Shown piece after piece: positions 18,347 to 28,473 of a DNA stretch of 64,000 nucleotides; position 1 is the first letter of the stretch; every line of letters begins with the position of its first letter. Under the pieces are notes generated by a model. It worked only from the letters and a program-made list of their open reading frames with translations, did not search any database and had not been told where the DNA came from. A program made the position numbers and the translations under genes. Source of the stretch: an uncultured Pelagibacteraceae bacterium (lineage in GTDB: Bacteria > Pseudomonadota > Alphaproteobacteria > Pelagibacterales > Pelagibacteraceae). The stretch spans positions 18,678 to 82,677 of the forward strand of contig CACGOY010000004.1 of NCBI GenBank assembly GCA_902574735.1, written 5' to 3'.

Positions 18347-19429
18347 CTATAAGATTCGTTTATAGCTTTCAATAATCTTATCCCAATGAAAATTTTTAGA
18401 ATTTTCATTAGCTGCTTTTCCATATTCAAAATATTTATTTTCTTTAAATATTTGATCTATACTTGAATAAATATCATCCAAATTATTACCATCACATATT
18501 AAACCAGTTTTTTCATGTATAATTGCATCTGAAGCACCACCATCTTTTCCTCCAATTGAAGGTATTCCATACTGAGCCGCTTCTACATAAGCTATACCAA
18601 ATCCCTCAACAGATTTTTTGTAAATAATTGATGGCATTATAAATACATTAGATTTTGAAATTAATGCATTCTTAAAATCACTAGGAACATCTTTTAAAAA
18701 TTTAACTTGATCTTCTAATTTAAGTTCAATTACAAGTTTTTTTAAATTTTCTTCTTCATCACCATAACCTATACATATGTAAACAATATCTGGATAAACT
18801 TCTTTTAGATTTCTGATAGCCATTATTACTTTTTCGTGATTTTTTCGTTTATCATATCTTGAAACAGTAATAAGTCTTTGTTTTTTACCCTTAAATATTT
18901 CATCAGCTTTTTTTAAATCTTTGCTTGGTATTTCCTTTGCAGGATCGACACCTGGATTAATTACTAAAATTCTGTGTTCTTCAACACCAAGATTGATAGC
19001 GAGATCTTTTGTAAAATTAGAATTTGCTATTACATGATCTACATTATTTAATACATTTAATACTTTTGTATTTAATCTTGAGCCTTTTGGATGATTAATT
19101 TCTTTAGAATGTATTAAACATATCTTTTTTTTATTGGTTTGAATTAGTTCCAAACTCTTCCAATGATCTGCAATTAGACATTGAACATTATTATTATGTT
19201 TCAAATATTCATTAATTAAATACGATTTTCTATATTTTCTAAATAACTTAATACCACTCACTCTTTCAATTGAAAAAGAAACTGAATTGTCAAATTTTTC
19301 AAAACCATCTGTGTGATCTGCAAAAACTTTTATTAGGAAAAATTTAGATAAAGATCTAGCTAAACCCCACATTAAATTTTGCATTCCACCAACATCAGGT
19401 GGAAAAGTTCTCGTTATTATTAAATGCAT
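18347..19429 (-). CDS. Glycosyltransferase family 4
   Basis: FPPDVGG, EGFGIAYVEAA, GGASDAI. Confidence 0.9.
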   Translation of the reverse strand: MHLIITRTFPPDVGGMQNLMWGLARSLSKFFLIKVFADHTDGFEKFDNSVSFSIERVSGIKLFRKYRKSYLINEYLKHNNNVQCLIADHWKSLELIQTNKKKICLIHSKEINHPKGSRLNTKVLNVLNNVDHVIANSNFTKDLAINLGVEEHRILVINPGVDPAKEIPSKDLKKADEIFKGKKQRLITVSRYDKRKNHEKVIMAIRNLKEVYPDIVYICIGYGDEEENLKKLVIELKLEDQVKFLKDVPSDFKNALISKSNVFIMPSIIYKKSVEGFGIAYVEAAQYGIPSIGGKDGGASDAIIHEKTGLICDGNNLDDIYSSIDQIFKENKYFEYGKAANENSKNFHWDKIIESYKRIL

Positions 19430-19986
19430 TAATTATTCAACCACTTAATATTACAGCCCATGCTAGGTATCTGATCTTTGGGACCATTGCCTGTTTCAGA
19501 TATTTGTTTCATTGCTATATACAAATCACTTTCTCCAGATCTTACAGGCTTGAGTTCTTTTAACTCTCTTATTCTTCCTCTATATTGAAGTTCTAAATTT
19601 TCGTTATAACCAAAAAAATCTGGAGTACACACAGCTTCATATTTTTTTGCAACATTTTGCGTATCATCGATTAAATATGGAAAACTAAAATTATGCTTTT
19701 TTGCAAATATGATCATATTTTCAAATGAGTCCTCTGGATAATTGATTTGATCATTGGAACATATTGCAACCGATTTAATTCCAAAATTTTCAAGGTTTTT
19801 GCAATCCTCAACAATATCTTTGATTACTGCTTTTACATAAGGACAATGATTGCAAATAAACATAATTAGAGTTCCTTTTTCTCCTTTTAATTCATTTAAA
19901 GAAAGAATTTTGTTTTCAGTTGATTTTAGACGGAAGTCGTCAGCTTTTTTTCCAAAATCACATATTGGAGTTTTTGTAAGAGACAT
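19429..19986 (-). CDS. Thioredoxin-like/AhpC-TSA family protein
   Basis: FICNHCPYV, YPEDS, AVCTPDFF, PSMGCNIKW. Confidence 0.9.
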   Translation of the reverse strand: MSLTKTPICDFGKKADDFRLKSTENKILSLNELKGEKGTLIMFICNHCPYVKAVIKDIVEDCKNLENFGIKSVAICSNDQINYPEDSFENMIIFAKKHNFSFPYLIDDTQNVAKKYEAVCTPDFFGYNENLELQYRGRIRELKELKPVRSGESDLYIAMKQISETGNGPKDQIPSMGCNIKWLNN

Positions 19987-20003
19987 ATAATATTATATAA
20001 ATT

Positions 20004-20516
20004 ATGTTTTACGATTTGGAAGATAAAAAACCAAAAAACTCTGGCGAAAATTGGGTTGCACCTAATGCAGTGGTTATTGGAGATGTTACTTTAGAAAAAA
20101 ATAGCAGTGTATGGTTCAATGCAACTTTAAGAGGAGATATAGAAAATATCTTGATAGGAGAGGGATCTAATGTTCAAGACGGAAGTGTTTTACATACTGA
20201 CCCAGGTTATCCACTTAAAATTGGAAAAAATGTAACTATTGGACATTTGGTTATGCTTCATGGATGTACGATAGATGACAATAGCTTAATTGGAATTGGT
20301 GCTGTTGTTCTTAACAATGCAAAAATTGGAAAAAACTGCATCATAGGATCCAAAGCTTTAATAACTGAAAATAAAGAAATTCCAGACAACTCTTTAGTAA
20401 TGGGATCACCTGGAAAAGTCGTAAGACAAGTTTCACCAGAAGAAGCAAAATTAATTACAAAAAATGCAGAAAGATATCAGGATAATTGGAAGAGATATTC
20501 TAAATCGATTTTTTAA
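20004..20516 (+). CDS. Gamma carbonic anhydrase-family (hexapeptide repeat) protein
   Basis: LRGD, SNVQDGSVLH, GHLVMLHGC. Confidence 0.9.
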   Translation: MFYDLEDKKPKNSGENWVAPNAVVIGDVTLEKNSSVWFNATLRGDIENILIGEGSNVQDGSVLHTDPGYPLKIGKNVTIGHLVMLHGCTIDDNSLIGIGAVVLNNAKIGKNCIIGSKALITENKEIPDNSLVMGSPGKVVRQVSPEEAKLITKNAERYQDNWKRYSKSIF

Positions 20517-21112
20517 GGAACTAACCAAGAATTTTTATTTGTTTTGAAATCAAATTTAGCTCGTCTATGACCTTTTGCAGCAAGATATAGCCATTCTATT
20601 GATTTAATATAACATTTGATAACAGTAAAATTTTTATAACCTTCCTCACTTTGTTCCATTGTATAATCAAAATCTTCTAACTTTGAAATCATACCTGAAG
20701 TAGGGTTTTCAGATACAGTTCCAGGAGGACTATCAGTTAAATAACATCTTCGACTAATGTGTTGAGTTTTCTTCCAAGATACCTCTGTCACAGAATTTTG
20801 ATTATTTATTTCACATTCAACTTTTACTCTTAATTGTATTTTTTCTTCTTTATCATAGAAAAGTAACGAAGCTTTATTATTGTTTTTAAGTATATCTACT
20901 TTTGGTGACCTTAAATCAGTATGAAATTGTAATAAATTATTTTCTCTGTCAGACTTCCTTAAAACAACTATTCTTCCCTCAATATCGTCTTTGTGTGAGC
21001 ACATAAAAACTGGAATTCTAAAAGGAGAACCTCTATTGGTCACGGCAGCTTCAAGCATAGACCAGTACTTATTTTGTATTTCTGCTAAGTCTTCATAGTA
21101 TGCTGGTTGCAT
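20513..21112 (-). CDS. Pyridoxamine 5'-phosphate oxidase-like FMN-binding protein
   Basis: RIVVLR, FHTDLRSPK, IQLR, GHRRA...WLVP. Confidence 0.8.
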   Translation of the reverse strand: MQPAYYEDLAEIQNKYWSMLEAAVTNRGSPFRIPVFMCSHKDDIEGRIVVLRKSDRENNLLQFHTDLRSPKVDILKNNNKASLLFYDKEEKIQLRVKVECEINNQNSVTEVSWKKTQHISRRCYLTDSPPGTVSENPTSGMISKLEDFDYTMEQSEEGYKNFTVIKCYIKSIEWLYLAAKGHRRAKFDFKTNKNSWLVP

Positions 21113-21115
21113 ACT

Positions 21116-21985
21116 TTATTTTCTAAATCTTTTTATTAAGCTAGAAGTATCCCAACGATTTCCACCCATTTCTTGAACATCGGCATAATATTTATCTACT
21201 AGCTCTGTAACAGGCAATAAAGAACCATTATTTTTAGCTTCTTCCATTGCAATTTTTAAATCTTTTCTCATCCAATCAACAGCAAAACCAAAGTCAAATT
21301 TATCATCAATCATAGTTTTATATCTATTCTCCATTTGCCACGATTGAGCTGCTCCTTTTGAAATAACTTCAATTACATCTTCCATATTTAAACCAGCTTT
21401 CATTCCAAAATTTATACCTTCAGACAATCCTTGAACTAAACCTGCTATACAAATTTGATTAACCATCTTAGCAAGTTGACCAGATCCAGCTTTTCCAAGT
21501 AACTTCATTTTTTTACTGTAACAATCAATTTTGTCTTCAGCTTTTTCAAAATCAGATTGATCACCACCAATCATAACAGTGAGCGCACCATTCTCTGCAC
21601 CAGCCTGACCTCCTGAAACAGGTGCATCTAATGCACCAAAATTATTTTTTTTAGCATAATCATAAATTTCTCTTGCAATTGTTGCAGAGGCAGTTGTGTT
21701 ATCAATATAAACAGATCCTTCTTTTATAGTTTTAAAAACACCATTGTCACCAAAGGTCACTTCTCTTAAATCACTATCATTTCCAACACAGGTAAAAATA
21801 AATTCTGCATCCTTTGCTGCTTCTGCTGGAGTTTCAGCCATTTTACCTTTGTAATCTTTAATCCATTTTTCTGCTTTTGATTTTGTTCTATTAAAAACAG
21901 TTACATTATGACCACCTTTTGATATATAACCTGCCATCGGATAACCCATGACACCCAGACCAATAAAAGCAACATTACACGTCAT
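21116..21985 (-). CDS. 3-hydroxyisobutyrate dehydrogenase-family NAD(P)-dependent oxidoreductase
   Basis: FIGLGVMG, DAPVSGGQAGA, KMVNQ, KDL. Confidence 0.9.
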   Translation of the reverse strand: MTCNVAFIGLGVMGYPMAGYISKGGHNVTVFNRTKSKAEKWIKDYKGKMAETPAEAAKDAEFIFTCVGNDSDLREVTFGDNGVFKTIKEGSVYIDNTTASATIAREIYDYAKKNNFGALDAPVSGGQAGAENGALTVMIGGDQSDFEKAEDKIDCYSKKMKLLGKAGSGQLAKMVNQICIAGLVQGLSEGINFGMKAGLNMEDVIEVISKGAAQSWQMENRYKTMIDDKFDFGFAVDWMRKDLKIAMEEAKNNGSLLPVTELVDKYYADVQEMGGNRWDTSSLIKRFRK

Positions 21986-21993
21986 AATTTTCT

Positions 21994-23202
21994 ATGTTTA
22001 AAAGCTTAAGTTTAAAAGTAATTATATTTGGATTTATTTTTACATTTTTTTCAAGTTTTGGACAGAGTTTTTTTATTGGTTTATTTAATCCGAGTGTAAG
22101 AGATGATCTAAATATTTCCCACGGACAATTTGGATCAATTTATGCAACCGCAACATTATTAAGTAGTTTTTTATTCATTTGGGTAGGAAAAAAAATTGAC
22201 GATATTAATGTATTTAGATTTGCAATTTATGTAACAGTTCTTCTATCGTTTTCATGTTTTTTCTTTTCAAAAATTTCATCAATTACATTTTTATTCATTG
22301 CTTTATTTTTAATGCGATTTTCAGGTCAAGGGATGATGTCACATACGGCGTCAACAACAATCTCAAGATATTTTACTAAATCTAGAGGTAAAGCTTTAAG
22401 CATAGGATGGTTTGGTTTATCAGTTGCTGAATTTATTTTACCTGTAACAATAATCTATCTTTTAACCATATATAACTGGCAAAATATTTGGATATCTATT
22501 TCATTGTTGGTTTTAGTTTTTCTTCCAATTGCATCTTATTTTTTAATTAAAGAACTAAATTTAGATTCAAGAGAAAATGCTGAAAATAATGAAGTTAAGA
22601 ATAAAGACATTAAACAATGGGCAAGAATTGAAGTAATTAAGGATTATAAATTTTATATTATAAGTGCAAACTTACTTGCCATGCCATGGATTGCCACTGG
22701 TGTTTTTGTTTATCAATCATTTATTACATCTTCCAAGGAATGGGGAGAATACGTTATTGCTCAATCTTTTATGGTTTATTCATTACTGTCAGTAATTACA
22801 TTATTAATATCAGGTATCCTAATTGATAAGTTTACTAGCAGAAAATTATTAATTTTTATGAATATACCTTTACTACTTTCAACATTTGTTATTATTTTTT
22901 TTGATATTCCATTTACTGCATTTGTATTTTTAGGTTTAATTGGTATTTCAAATGGATTAGCTAACGTTTTAGGCTCATCCACATGGGCTGAGTTATATGG
23001 GGTAAAACACATTGGCTCTATAAAGGCTTTAACCACAGCATTGATGGTTTTTTCAACAGCCTTTGGAACAGCATTATTTGGTGTATTAATTGATTTTGGT
23101 TTTACGATTGAGAAAATTGCAATTGTTTCTTCAATCTATATATTTTCATCAATAGTTTTGCTTTTTTTTGTAAGAAAAAAACTCAATCCTGAATATATCT
23201 AA
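21994..23202 (+). CDS. MFS transporter
   Basis: ~12 TM segments; SSFGQSFFI, RFSGQG, WAELYG. Confidence 0.85.
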   Translation: MFKSLSLKVIIFGFIFTFFSSFGQSFFIGLFNPSVRDDLNISHGQFGSIYATATLLSSFLFIWVGKKIDDINVFRFAIYVTVLLSFSCFFFSKISSITFLFIALFLMRFSGQGMMSHTASTTISRYFTKSRGKALSIGWFGLSVAEFILPVTIIYLLTIYNWQNIWISISLLVLVFLPIASYFLIKELNLDSRENAENNEVKNKDIKQWARIEVIKDYKFYIISANLLAMPWIATGVFVYQSFITSSKEWGEYVIAQSFMVYSLLSVITLLISGILIDKFTSRKLLIFMNIPLLLSTFVIIFFDIPFTAFVFLGLIGISNGLANVLGSSTWAELYGVKHIGSIKALTTALMVFSTAFGTALFGVLIDFGFTIEKIAIVSSIYIFSSIVLLFFVRKKLNPEYI

Positions 23203-23245
23203 AAATAGCTTGATTTTTTATAGACCCAGGTATAAATAACCGGCC

Positions 23246-23764
23246 ATGGCTAGAGTTACAGTAGAAGATTGTATAGATAAAGTAGAAAGTCCATATGAGT
23301 TAGTGCTAGTAGCAAAAGAGAGAGCTACTCAACTAAATTCTGGGATAGAACCTACTTTAGAAAGAGACAATGACAAGAATACAGTTATCGCCTTAAGAGA
23401 GATTGCCGAAGAAACAATCAAAGTTCCAGATCTAACTGAAGCTGCAGTATATAAATTAAGAAAACATGTAGAACAAGTTGATGATACAGGAGAAGAGGAT
23501 GAAGATATAGGTGATGATTTTGAAAATTTATATAAAGGCGAGATATCTAAAAGTGGTGTTCCAATATTGCCTTCAAAAAGGGCTAGAAAAATTCCAGAAA
23601 AAATTCAAGTATCAAAAGATGATTTAGAAGAATTACAAAATTCAACTGAAGCACCAACTTCAGATCCTATCGATACAAATGAAGAGAGTGGTGATGCTTC
23701 TTTAGAGGAAATGCAGGAGGAAGAAAACCTGTCAAACGAACAAGACCCAAATAATCAAGAATAA
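23246..23764 (+). CDS. rpoZ: RNA polymerase omega subunit with long acidic C-terminal extension
   Basis: [21 protein letters not shown]. Confidence 0.95.
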   Translation: MARVTVEDCIDKVESPYELVLVAKERATQLNSGIEPTLERDNDKNTVIALREIAEETIKVPDLTEAAVYKLRKHVEQVDDTGEEDEDIGDDFENLYKGEISKSGVPILPSKRARKIPEKIQVSKDDLEELQNSTEAPTSDPIDTNEESGDASLEEMQEEENLSNEQDPNNQE

Positions 23765-23797
23765 AAAAAAGGGCCTTGAAATTAATCAAAGCCCTTT
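23763..23797 (-). terminator. Intrinsic terminator between convergent rpoZ and SBP genes (probably bidirectional)
   Basis: Minus strand gggctttga-ttaatt-tcaaggccc followed by T8. Confidence 0.8.
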
Positions 23798-23819
23798 AAT
23801 TTAAATAATTAATAAATAA

Positions 23820-24833
23820 CTATTTTGGTAACCAACTTTTCCATTTATCAGGATTGTTGTCCAACCACTCGTTAACAACTTCTTTAACATCTCTTTTTTT
23901 GATATCTACTTCAACTAACATTTTAGCTTGGTCGATATTTTCTAATTTCATTCTTTCAAAAAAAGCTTTTGCCTCAGAATGTTCTGCTTTAGCAAAAGTA
24001 GCAGGATTTCCATAGTTCATGGTATAGTCTTTGTCCCAACCAGTTGCAGGCCATCCTTTTGTGCCACAAGTCTTCCAGTTATTTGCTTCAGTAAATGTAT
24101 CACCTTCACATGTTGCATACTCAGGAAGTTGAACACCTACCATGTCAAACTCCCCAAAGAACCAATGTGGTGACCATAGATATAATAAGAATGGCTCTTT
24201 TCTCATGTAAGCAGCTTTTGCTTCTGCAATTGCAGCAGCTTCTGTACCTAGTTCATCTGCTTGAAAATCAATCCCTAAAAGATCAAGTCTTTTTTGATCA
24301 TGACAGTTCCAACCAGCTACTGGACAACCAATTAGTCTTCCTTTACCACCTGTCTCAATAGTTGCAAATTTAGCTTTATGTTTGTTTAGGTCTCTCCAAG
24401 TTTTGATACCTAATTCATCTGCAGCATATTTTGGTATCCAATAATCTGACATACCTATAATTCCAGTAGTTCCTAAAAGGTCAACTGTTCCATCACCTTT
24501 GTAAGATTTTACTACTTTGCCATCATAAATTAAATCTTCATTAAACATTACATCATCAGCTTCAGCATAACTTGGCCAGCTCTCACAAGCAAAATCTAGC
24601 TCACCAGCTGCAATTGCTTCCCATAGACCAGTTCCTGAAGGAAATACTGTTTGTTTAATTTTATAACCCATTTCTCTCTCGAGAATTGCTACAGCAACTT
24701 CACAAGTAATTATTCCACCTGTCCAGTCTGCAATAGCAGCATGTAATCTTTTAGCAGCATTAGCTGTTCCAAAACTACCTACCATTAGCACCAAAGATAA
24801 AAATAGTGCTGATATTGTTTTTGATAACTTCAT
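23820..24833 (-). CDS. Glycine betaine/TMAO-family (ProX/TmoX-like) ABC substrate-binding protein
   Basis: Signal peptide; DWTG, ESW, KGRLIGCP.GW, YLWSPHW. Confidence 0.85.
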   Translation of the reverse strand: MKLSKTISALFLSLVLMVGSFGTANAAKRLHAAIADWTGGIITCEVAVAILEREMGYKIKQTVFPSGTGLWEAIAAGELDFACESWPSYAEADDVMFNEDLIYDGKVVKSYKGDGTVDLLGTTGIIGMSDYWIPKYAADELGIKTWRDLNKHKAKFATIETGGKGRLIGCPVAGWNCHDQKRLDLLGIDFQADELGTEAAAIAEAKAAYMRKEPFLLYLWSPHWFFGEFDMVGVQLPEYATCEGDTFTEANNWKTCGTKGWPATGWDKDYTMNYGNPATFAKAEHSEAKAFFERMKLENIDQAKMLVEVDIKKRDVKEVVNEWLDNNPDKWKSWLPK

Positions 24834-24866
24834 ATGTTTTATCCTCTTTTTTAAATTTAAAAGATT

Positions 24867-24896
24867 ATTTTAGCGCAAATATTCAGCGAATGTAAA
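24867..24896 (-). promoter_or_regulatory. Putative internal sigma70 promoter for the SBP gene
   Basis: Minus strand TTTACA-18 bp-TAAAAT, followed by an AGAGGA RBS. Confidence 0.5.
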
Positions 24897-24956
24897 CTGT
24901 ATATAATTTTAAAACTCAGTGCATTTATACCCTAAAAATGCGATCTATTGACCACT

Positions 24957-26132
24957 TTAAGGTTTATTTGGGATTGTACGGTCTATTCCTTTAACAATTT
25001 TTTTTTCATGATCAAAAAATGGTAATTTAACAACATTACAGTCATGGATTGTGCCATTAGGTAATTCTAACTTTAACTTTTTTCCAGGCCATTCTTTCGG
25101 TTCATAAAATCTCACATATCCGATTCCAAGTTTTAATGTAGGTGAGGGTACACCCGCAGTTATATGTCCAACAACATTATCACCTTCTATAACTTTACTT
25201 CCAGAAGTTGGTGTATCAGTTTCACAAGTAACACCAAACAAACATGTTCCTTTATTTTTTTTTGATAACGCTTCCCTTCCAATAAAATCACCTTTATCCA
25301 TATTTACAAAAAATTCTAAACCAGCCTCAAAGGGTGTCATAGTTGTATCAATATCAGTTAAATTCCCAAATATTCCTCCTTCAATTCTTCTTATAGTCAT
25401 TGCACGAGAGGATGATAATTCCATCCCAAAAGGCTTTCCACATTCCATAAGGTGATCCCAAAGAGCTAAGTGGTCTGTCTTATACCCATCAGAATAAATT
25501 TCAAAACCAAGCTCGTTTGTGAAACCAGTTCTTGAAACATATAAATCTTGTCCACCAAGTTTAAAAAAACCTGATCTAAAATATGGCATGCTTTCATCTA
25601 TATTTCCTTTTGATGCAGCTTTCATAATATCAATTGAAGCAGGACCTTGTATTTGTAGAACCCTTGACTTCGGATCTGATATTTTTACATCAAAATTTTC
25701 ACTATGGGCTAATAACCAATCTTCAAACGGACCGTCAGCTTGTACATACCAAAATTTATTATCATTAAATTTAAAAATTACTCCATCCATAAAAATCCCA
25801 CCTTGAGGAGTACACGCTAACGAATAATAACCCCTACCTTCTTTTATTGATGAAATTTTTCTTGTTAATATTTTTTCTAAAAAGGGAATTGCATCCTTAC
25901 CTGAAATTTCCACTGGCTTTTCTGGAACATCAAAAATTAATGCTTTCTGTCTTAGTAGCCAATACTTTTCGATTGGATCTTCACCTATTGATATTGGAAA
26001 ATATCGACCAGCATAAACGCCACGGACCATTTTAGGACTATTGGTTCTTTCAATGTAAGGAGACTCTTCAAATCTTCTAGCACTAATTTTAATGGTTTTG
26101 TTAAGATCAGATTCTTCTTGTAGATTTCCCAA
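24957..26132 (-). CDS. GcvT-family THF-dependent aminomethyl/methyltransferase (DmdA-like paralogue)
   Basis: FDVPEKPVEISGKDA, QIQGP, SRTGFTNELGFEIY, RRIEGG, TPFEAGL, DFIGREAL; N-terminal RRFEESPY resembles DmdA RRLRSTPY. Confidence 0.85.
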   Translation of the reverse strand: MGNLQEESDLNKTIKISARRFEESPYIERTNSPKMVRGVYAGRYFPISIGEDPIEKYWLLRQKALIFDVPEKPVEISGKDAIPFLEKILTRKISSIKEGRGYYSLACTPQGGIFMDGVIFKFNDNKFWYVQADGPFEDWLLAHSENFDVKISDPKSRVLQIQGPASIDIMKAASKGNIDESMPYFRSGFFKLGGQDLYVSRTGFTNELGFEIYSDGYKTDHLALWDHLMECGKPFGMELSSSRAMTIRRIEGGIFGNLTDIDTTMTPFEAGLEFFVNMDKGDFIGREALSKKNKGTCLFGVTCETDTPTSGSKVIEGDNVVGHITAGVPSPTLKLGIGYVRFYEPKEWPGKKLKLELPNGTIHDCNVVKLPFFDHEKKIVKGIDRTIPNKP

Positions 26133-26142
26133 TTTAATCTCT

Positions 26143-28473
26143 CTAATTTGTTTTTGCGTTAGATCTTAAAATTGTTGGTGGATCAAATGCAGTTAATTCT
26201 GGAAGCGTATCATTATATTTTTCGATCTCAATAAGACAAGAATGTGCAATTGGACCTTGTCCAAGTTTAGATGTGCCTTTGTCGGGTGTTAATACATTTG
26301 GATTACCATGTTTACACATACTTCCATCTTGAGTAGGATTTTCTGGATCATACCAAGCACCAGTACTCATTTGTACTACTCCCTGCATTACATCATCTGT
26401 GATTTTTATACCAGCCAAACAAGATCCTCTATCATTAAACATTTTAACTACATCTCCATTTTTTAAATTACGTTTTTTTGCATCTATAGGATTAATTTCA
26501 AGCGGCTCTCTCTCATTTATTTTAAATGACTTACTATACTTTCCATGATCCATTTGGCTGTGTAGTTTATTTTTCGGTTGATTTGATATTAAGTGAAGTG
26601 GATATTTTTTATTTACTTTGCCCAACCATTCACAAGGTTCGAACCATACTGGGTGTCCTGGACAATCATCATAATTAAAGTCAGCCACTGTTTTCGAGAA
26701 AATTTCTATTTTACCACTTGGTGTATTAAGTGGATTTTTTTTAGGATCTTCTCTAAAATCTTTCAACATTATTGTTGGTTCTGTTGGATCGCTAATTTTA
26801 AACCATTTTTGCTCTCTGAACTTTTCATATTTAGGTATCTCAATATTTGCAGCTGCTGCTCTATCAAATGTTTGTTTATAAATCCATTCTTGCCACTCAT
26901 CTTGACTTTTTCCCTCAGTAAATTTTTCCTCAATACCCATTTTTTTTGCAATATTTGCAAAAATTTCAAAATCATTTTTAGATTGTCCATAAGGTTCTAT
27001 TATTTTATCCATAGATACTACAAATGGATCCCTGGGCGTCATCATTATGTCTGTTCTCTCAAGAGGAGTAGTGCAAGGCAAAACGATATCAGATCTTTTT
27101 GCAAGCGTATTCCAGCACCATTCATTTGAAATTATTGTATCTGGTTTTTCCCAAGCTTTTATTAGTCTATTTAAGTCCTGGTGATGATGAAAAGGATTTC
27201 CACCAGCCCAATAAACTATTTTAGTATCTGGATAGACATATGAATTTCCATTAAAGTCAAATTTTTTTCCTGGGTTCAGTAAAAGATCACTAATTCGTGC
27301 AACTGGTATAAAATTCTCTATTTTATTTTCAGTTTGTGGAAATGCTGCTCCAGGTAAAACTTTAAATTGACCACCTATAAAATTAGTAGCACTATAACCA
27401 AAACCAAACCCACCTCCTGGTAATCCAATTTGACCAATCATAGAAGCAAGCATAATTGCCATCCAAAATGGTTGTTCACCATGATCTTGTCTTGTTAAGG
27501 ACCAACTAATAGATATCATACTTCTTTTTTTTACAATTTTTATTGCTAGTTCTTTAATTTTAGATGCTGAAATTTCACAAATATTTGAAGCCCATTCAGC
27601 ATTCTTTACTACGCCATCATTTTTTCCCAAAAGGTAAGGTAAAAATTTATCAAAGCCCTCTGTATATTTATTTAAGAAATTAGTATCACTATGTCCTTCA
27701 GAATAAATTGTATGAGCCATCCCTAACATTAAGGCAGTGTCTGTGTTAGGTCTTGCTGCAATCCATTCACCACTAACCTCATTAATTAAATCAGATTTAA
27801 GTGGACTAACATTTATAAACTCTATTCCTGAATTTGCAGATTCAATTAAATTTTCCTTTTGATAATGATGACCCGTCCCACCTTGAGAAATTTGACCATT
27901 TTTAATTGGAATTCCACCAAAACAGAGAAAAACTTCAGTATTTTTTTTTATAGACTCCCAACTAGTGCATGTATCAAGATAAGCACGATAACTCCCAAGA
28001 ATATGAGGGACCATAGCCTCTGCAGCAGCAAAACTGTAAGTAAATTTTGATCTAGTATATCCACCAACACAATTTAAAAATCTGTGTAATTGGCTTTGGG
28101 CATGATGAAATCTTCCTGCACTGGCCCATCCATACGAACCGCCAAATATAGAGGAGTTCCCATGTTTCTCTTTTACTCTGTTAATTTCGTTTGCGACAAG
28201 TTTCTCTGCTTTATCCCAACTAACTGCAATAAATGGTTCAACGCCTCTTAAATTATTGTTTGCCCCTGGACCTTTTTCTAGCCAACTTTTTCTAACCATT
28301 GGCTTATCGATACGTGTTGGTCCGTCTAGAACATCAACAATTCCTTGTGCAATAGGTGATGGGTCTTTATCATGTTCCCATCCAACTAGTTCCTCAACCT
28401 TACCATTTTTAACTTTAGCTCTATAAGTACCCCAATGGTTACTTGTTAAAGGCAGACCTTTATTTTTGGTCAT
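26143..28473 (-). CDS. Cytoplasmic Mo-bisPGD oxidoreductase, DMSO/TMAO/biotin-sulfoxide reductase (BisC-like) family
   Basis: SNHWG, GGSYGWASAGRFHHAQ, YS(Mo ligand)FAAA, YWAGGNPFHH, TPSGKIEI, KLHSQ, GAWYDP; no Tat RR signal. Confidence 0.9.
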   Translation of the reverse strand: MTKNKGLPLTSNHWGTYRAKVKNGKVEELVGWEHDKDPSPIAQGIVDVLDGPTRIDKPMVRKSWLEKGPGANNNLRGVEPFIAVSWDKAEKLVANEINRVKEKHGNSSIFGGSYGWASAGRFHHAQSQLHRFLNCVGGYTRSKFTYSFAAAEAMVPHILGSYRAYLDTCTSWESIKKNTEVFLCFGGIPIKNGQISQGGTGHHYQKENLIESANSGIEFINVSPLKSDLINEVSGEWIAARPNTDTALMLGMAHTIYSEGHSDTNFLNKYTEGFDKFLPYLLGKNDGVVKNAEWASNICEISASKIKELAIKIVKKRSMISISWSLTRQDHGEQPFWMAIMLASMIGQIGLPGGGFGFGYSATNFIGGQFKVLPGAAFPQTENKIENFIPVARISDLLLNPGKKFDFNGNSYVYPDTKIVYWAGGNPFHHHQDLNRLIKAWEKPDTIISNEWCWNTLAKRSDIVLPCTTPLERTDIMMTPRDPFVVSMDKIIEPYGQSKNDFEIFANIAKKMGIEEKFTEGKSQDEWQEWIYKQTFDRAAAANIEIPKYEKFREQKWFKISDPTEPTIMLKDFREDPKKNPLNTPSGKIEIFSKTVADFNYDDCPGHPVWFEPCEWLGKVNKKYPLHLISNQPKNKLHSQMDHGKYSKSFKINEREPLEINPIDAKKRNLKNGDVVKMFNDRGSCLAGIKITDDVMQGVVQMSTGAWYDPENPTQDGSMCKHGNPNVLTPDKGTSKLGQGPIAHSCLIEIEKYNDTLPELTAFDPPTILRSNAKTN

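Noticed and set aside
24834-24956. SAM-II/SAM-V or glycine riboswitch upstream of the SBP
   Set aside because: Consensus elements could not be matched by eye; a plain promoter and short hairpin explain the region. An Rfam scan would settle it
24957-26132. Calling this gene dmdA or gcvT
   Set aside because: It lacks DmdA-specific motifs as recalled (e.g. SGWSKQGG, LLSYGND) and has no gcvH/P neighbours; kept as a family-level call
26593-27129. Antisense/alternate-frame ORFs in the track (e.g. 26593-27129, 47345-47854, 59389-59772, 61589-62023)
   Set aside because: They lie within well-supported genes and show no recognisable motifs; shadow ORFs
26143-28473. Anaerobic TMAO/DMSO respiration (torA/dmsA)
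   Set aside because: No Tat signal, cytochrome, Fe-S subunit, membrane anchor or chaperone gene
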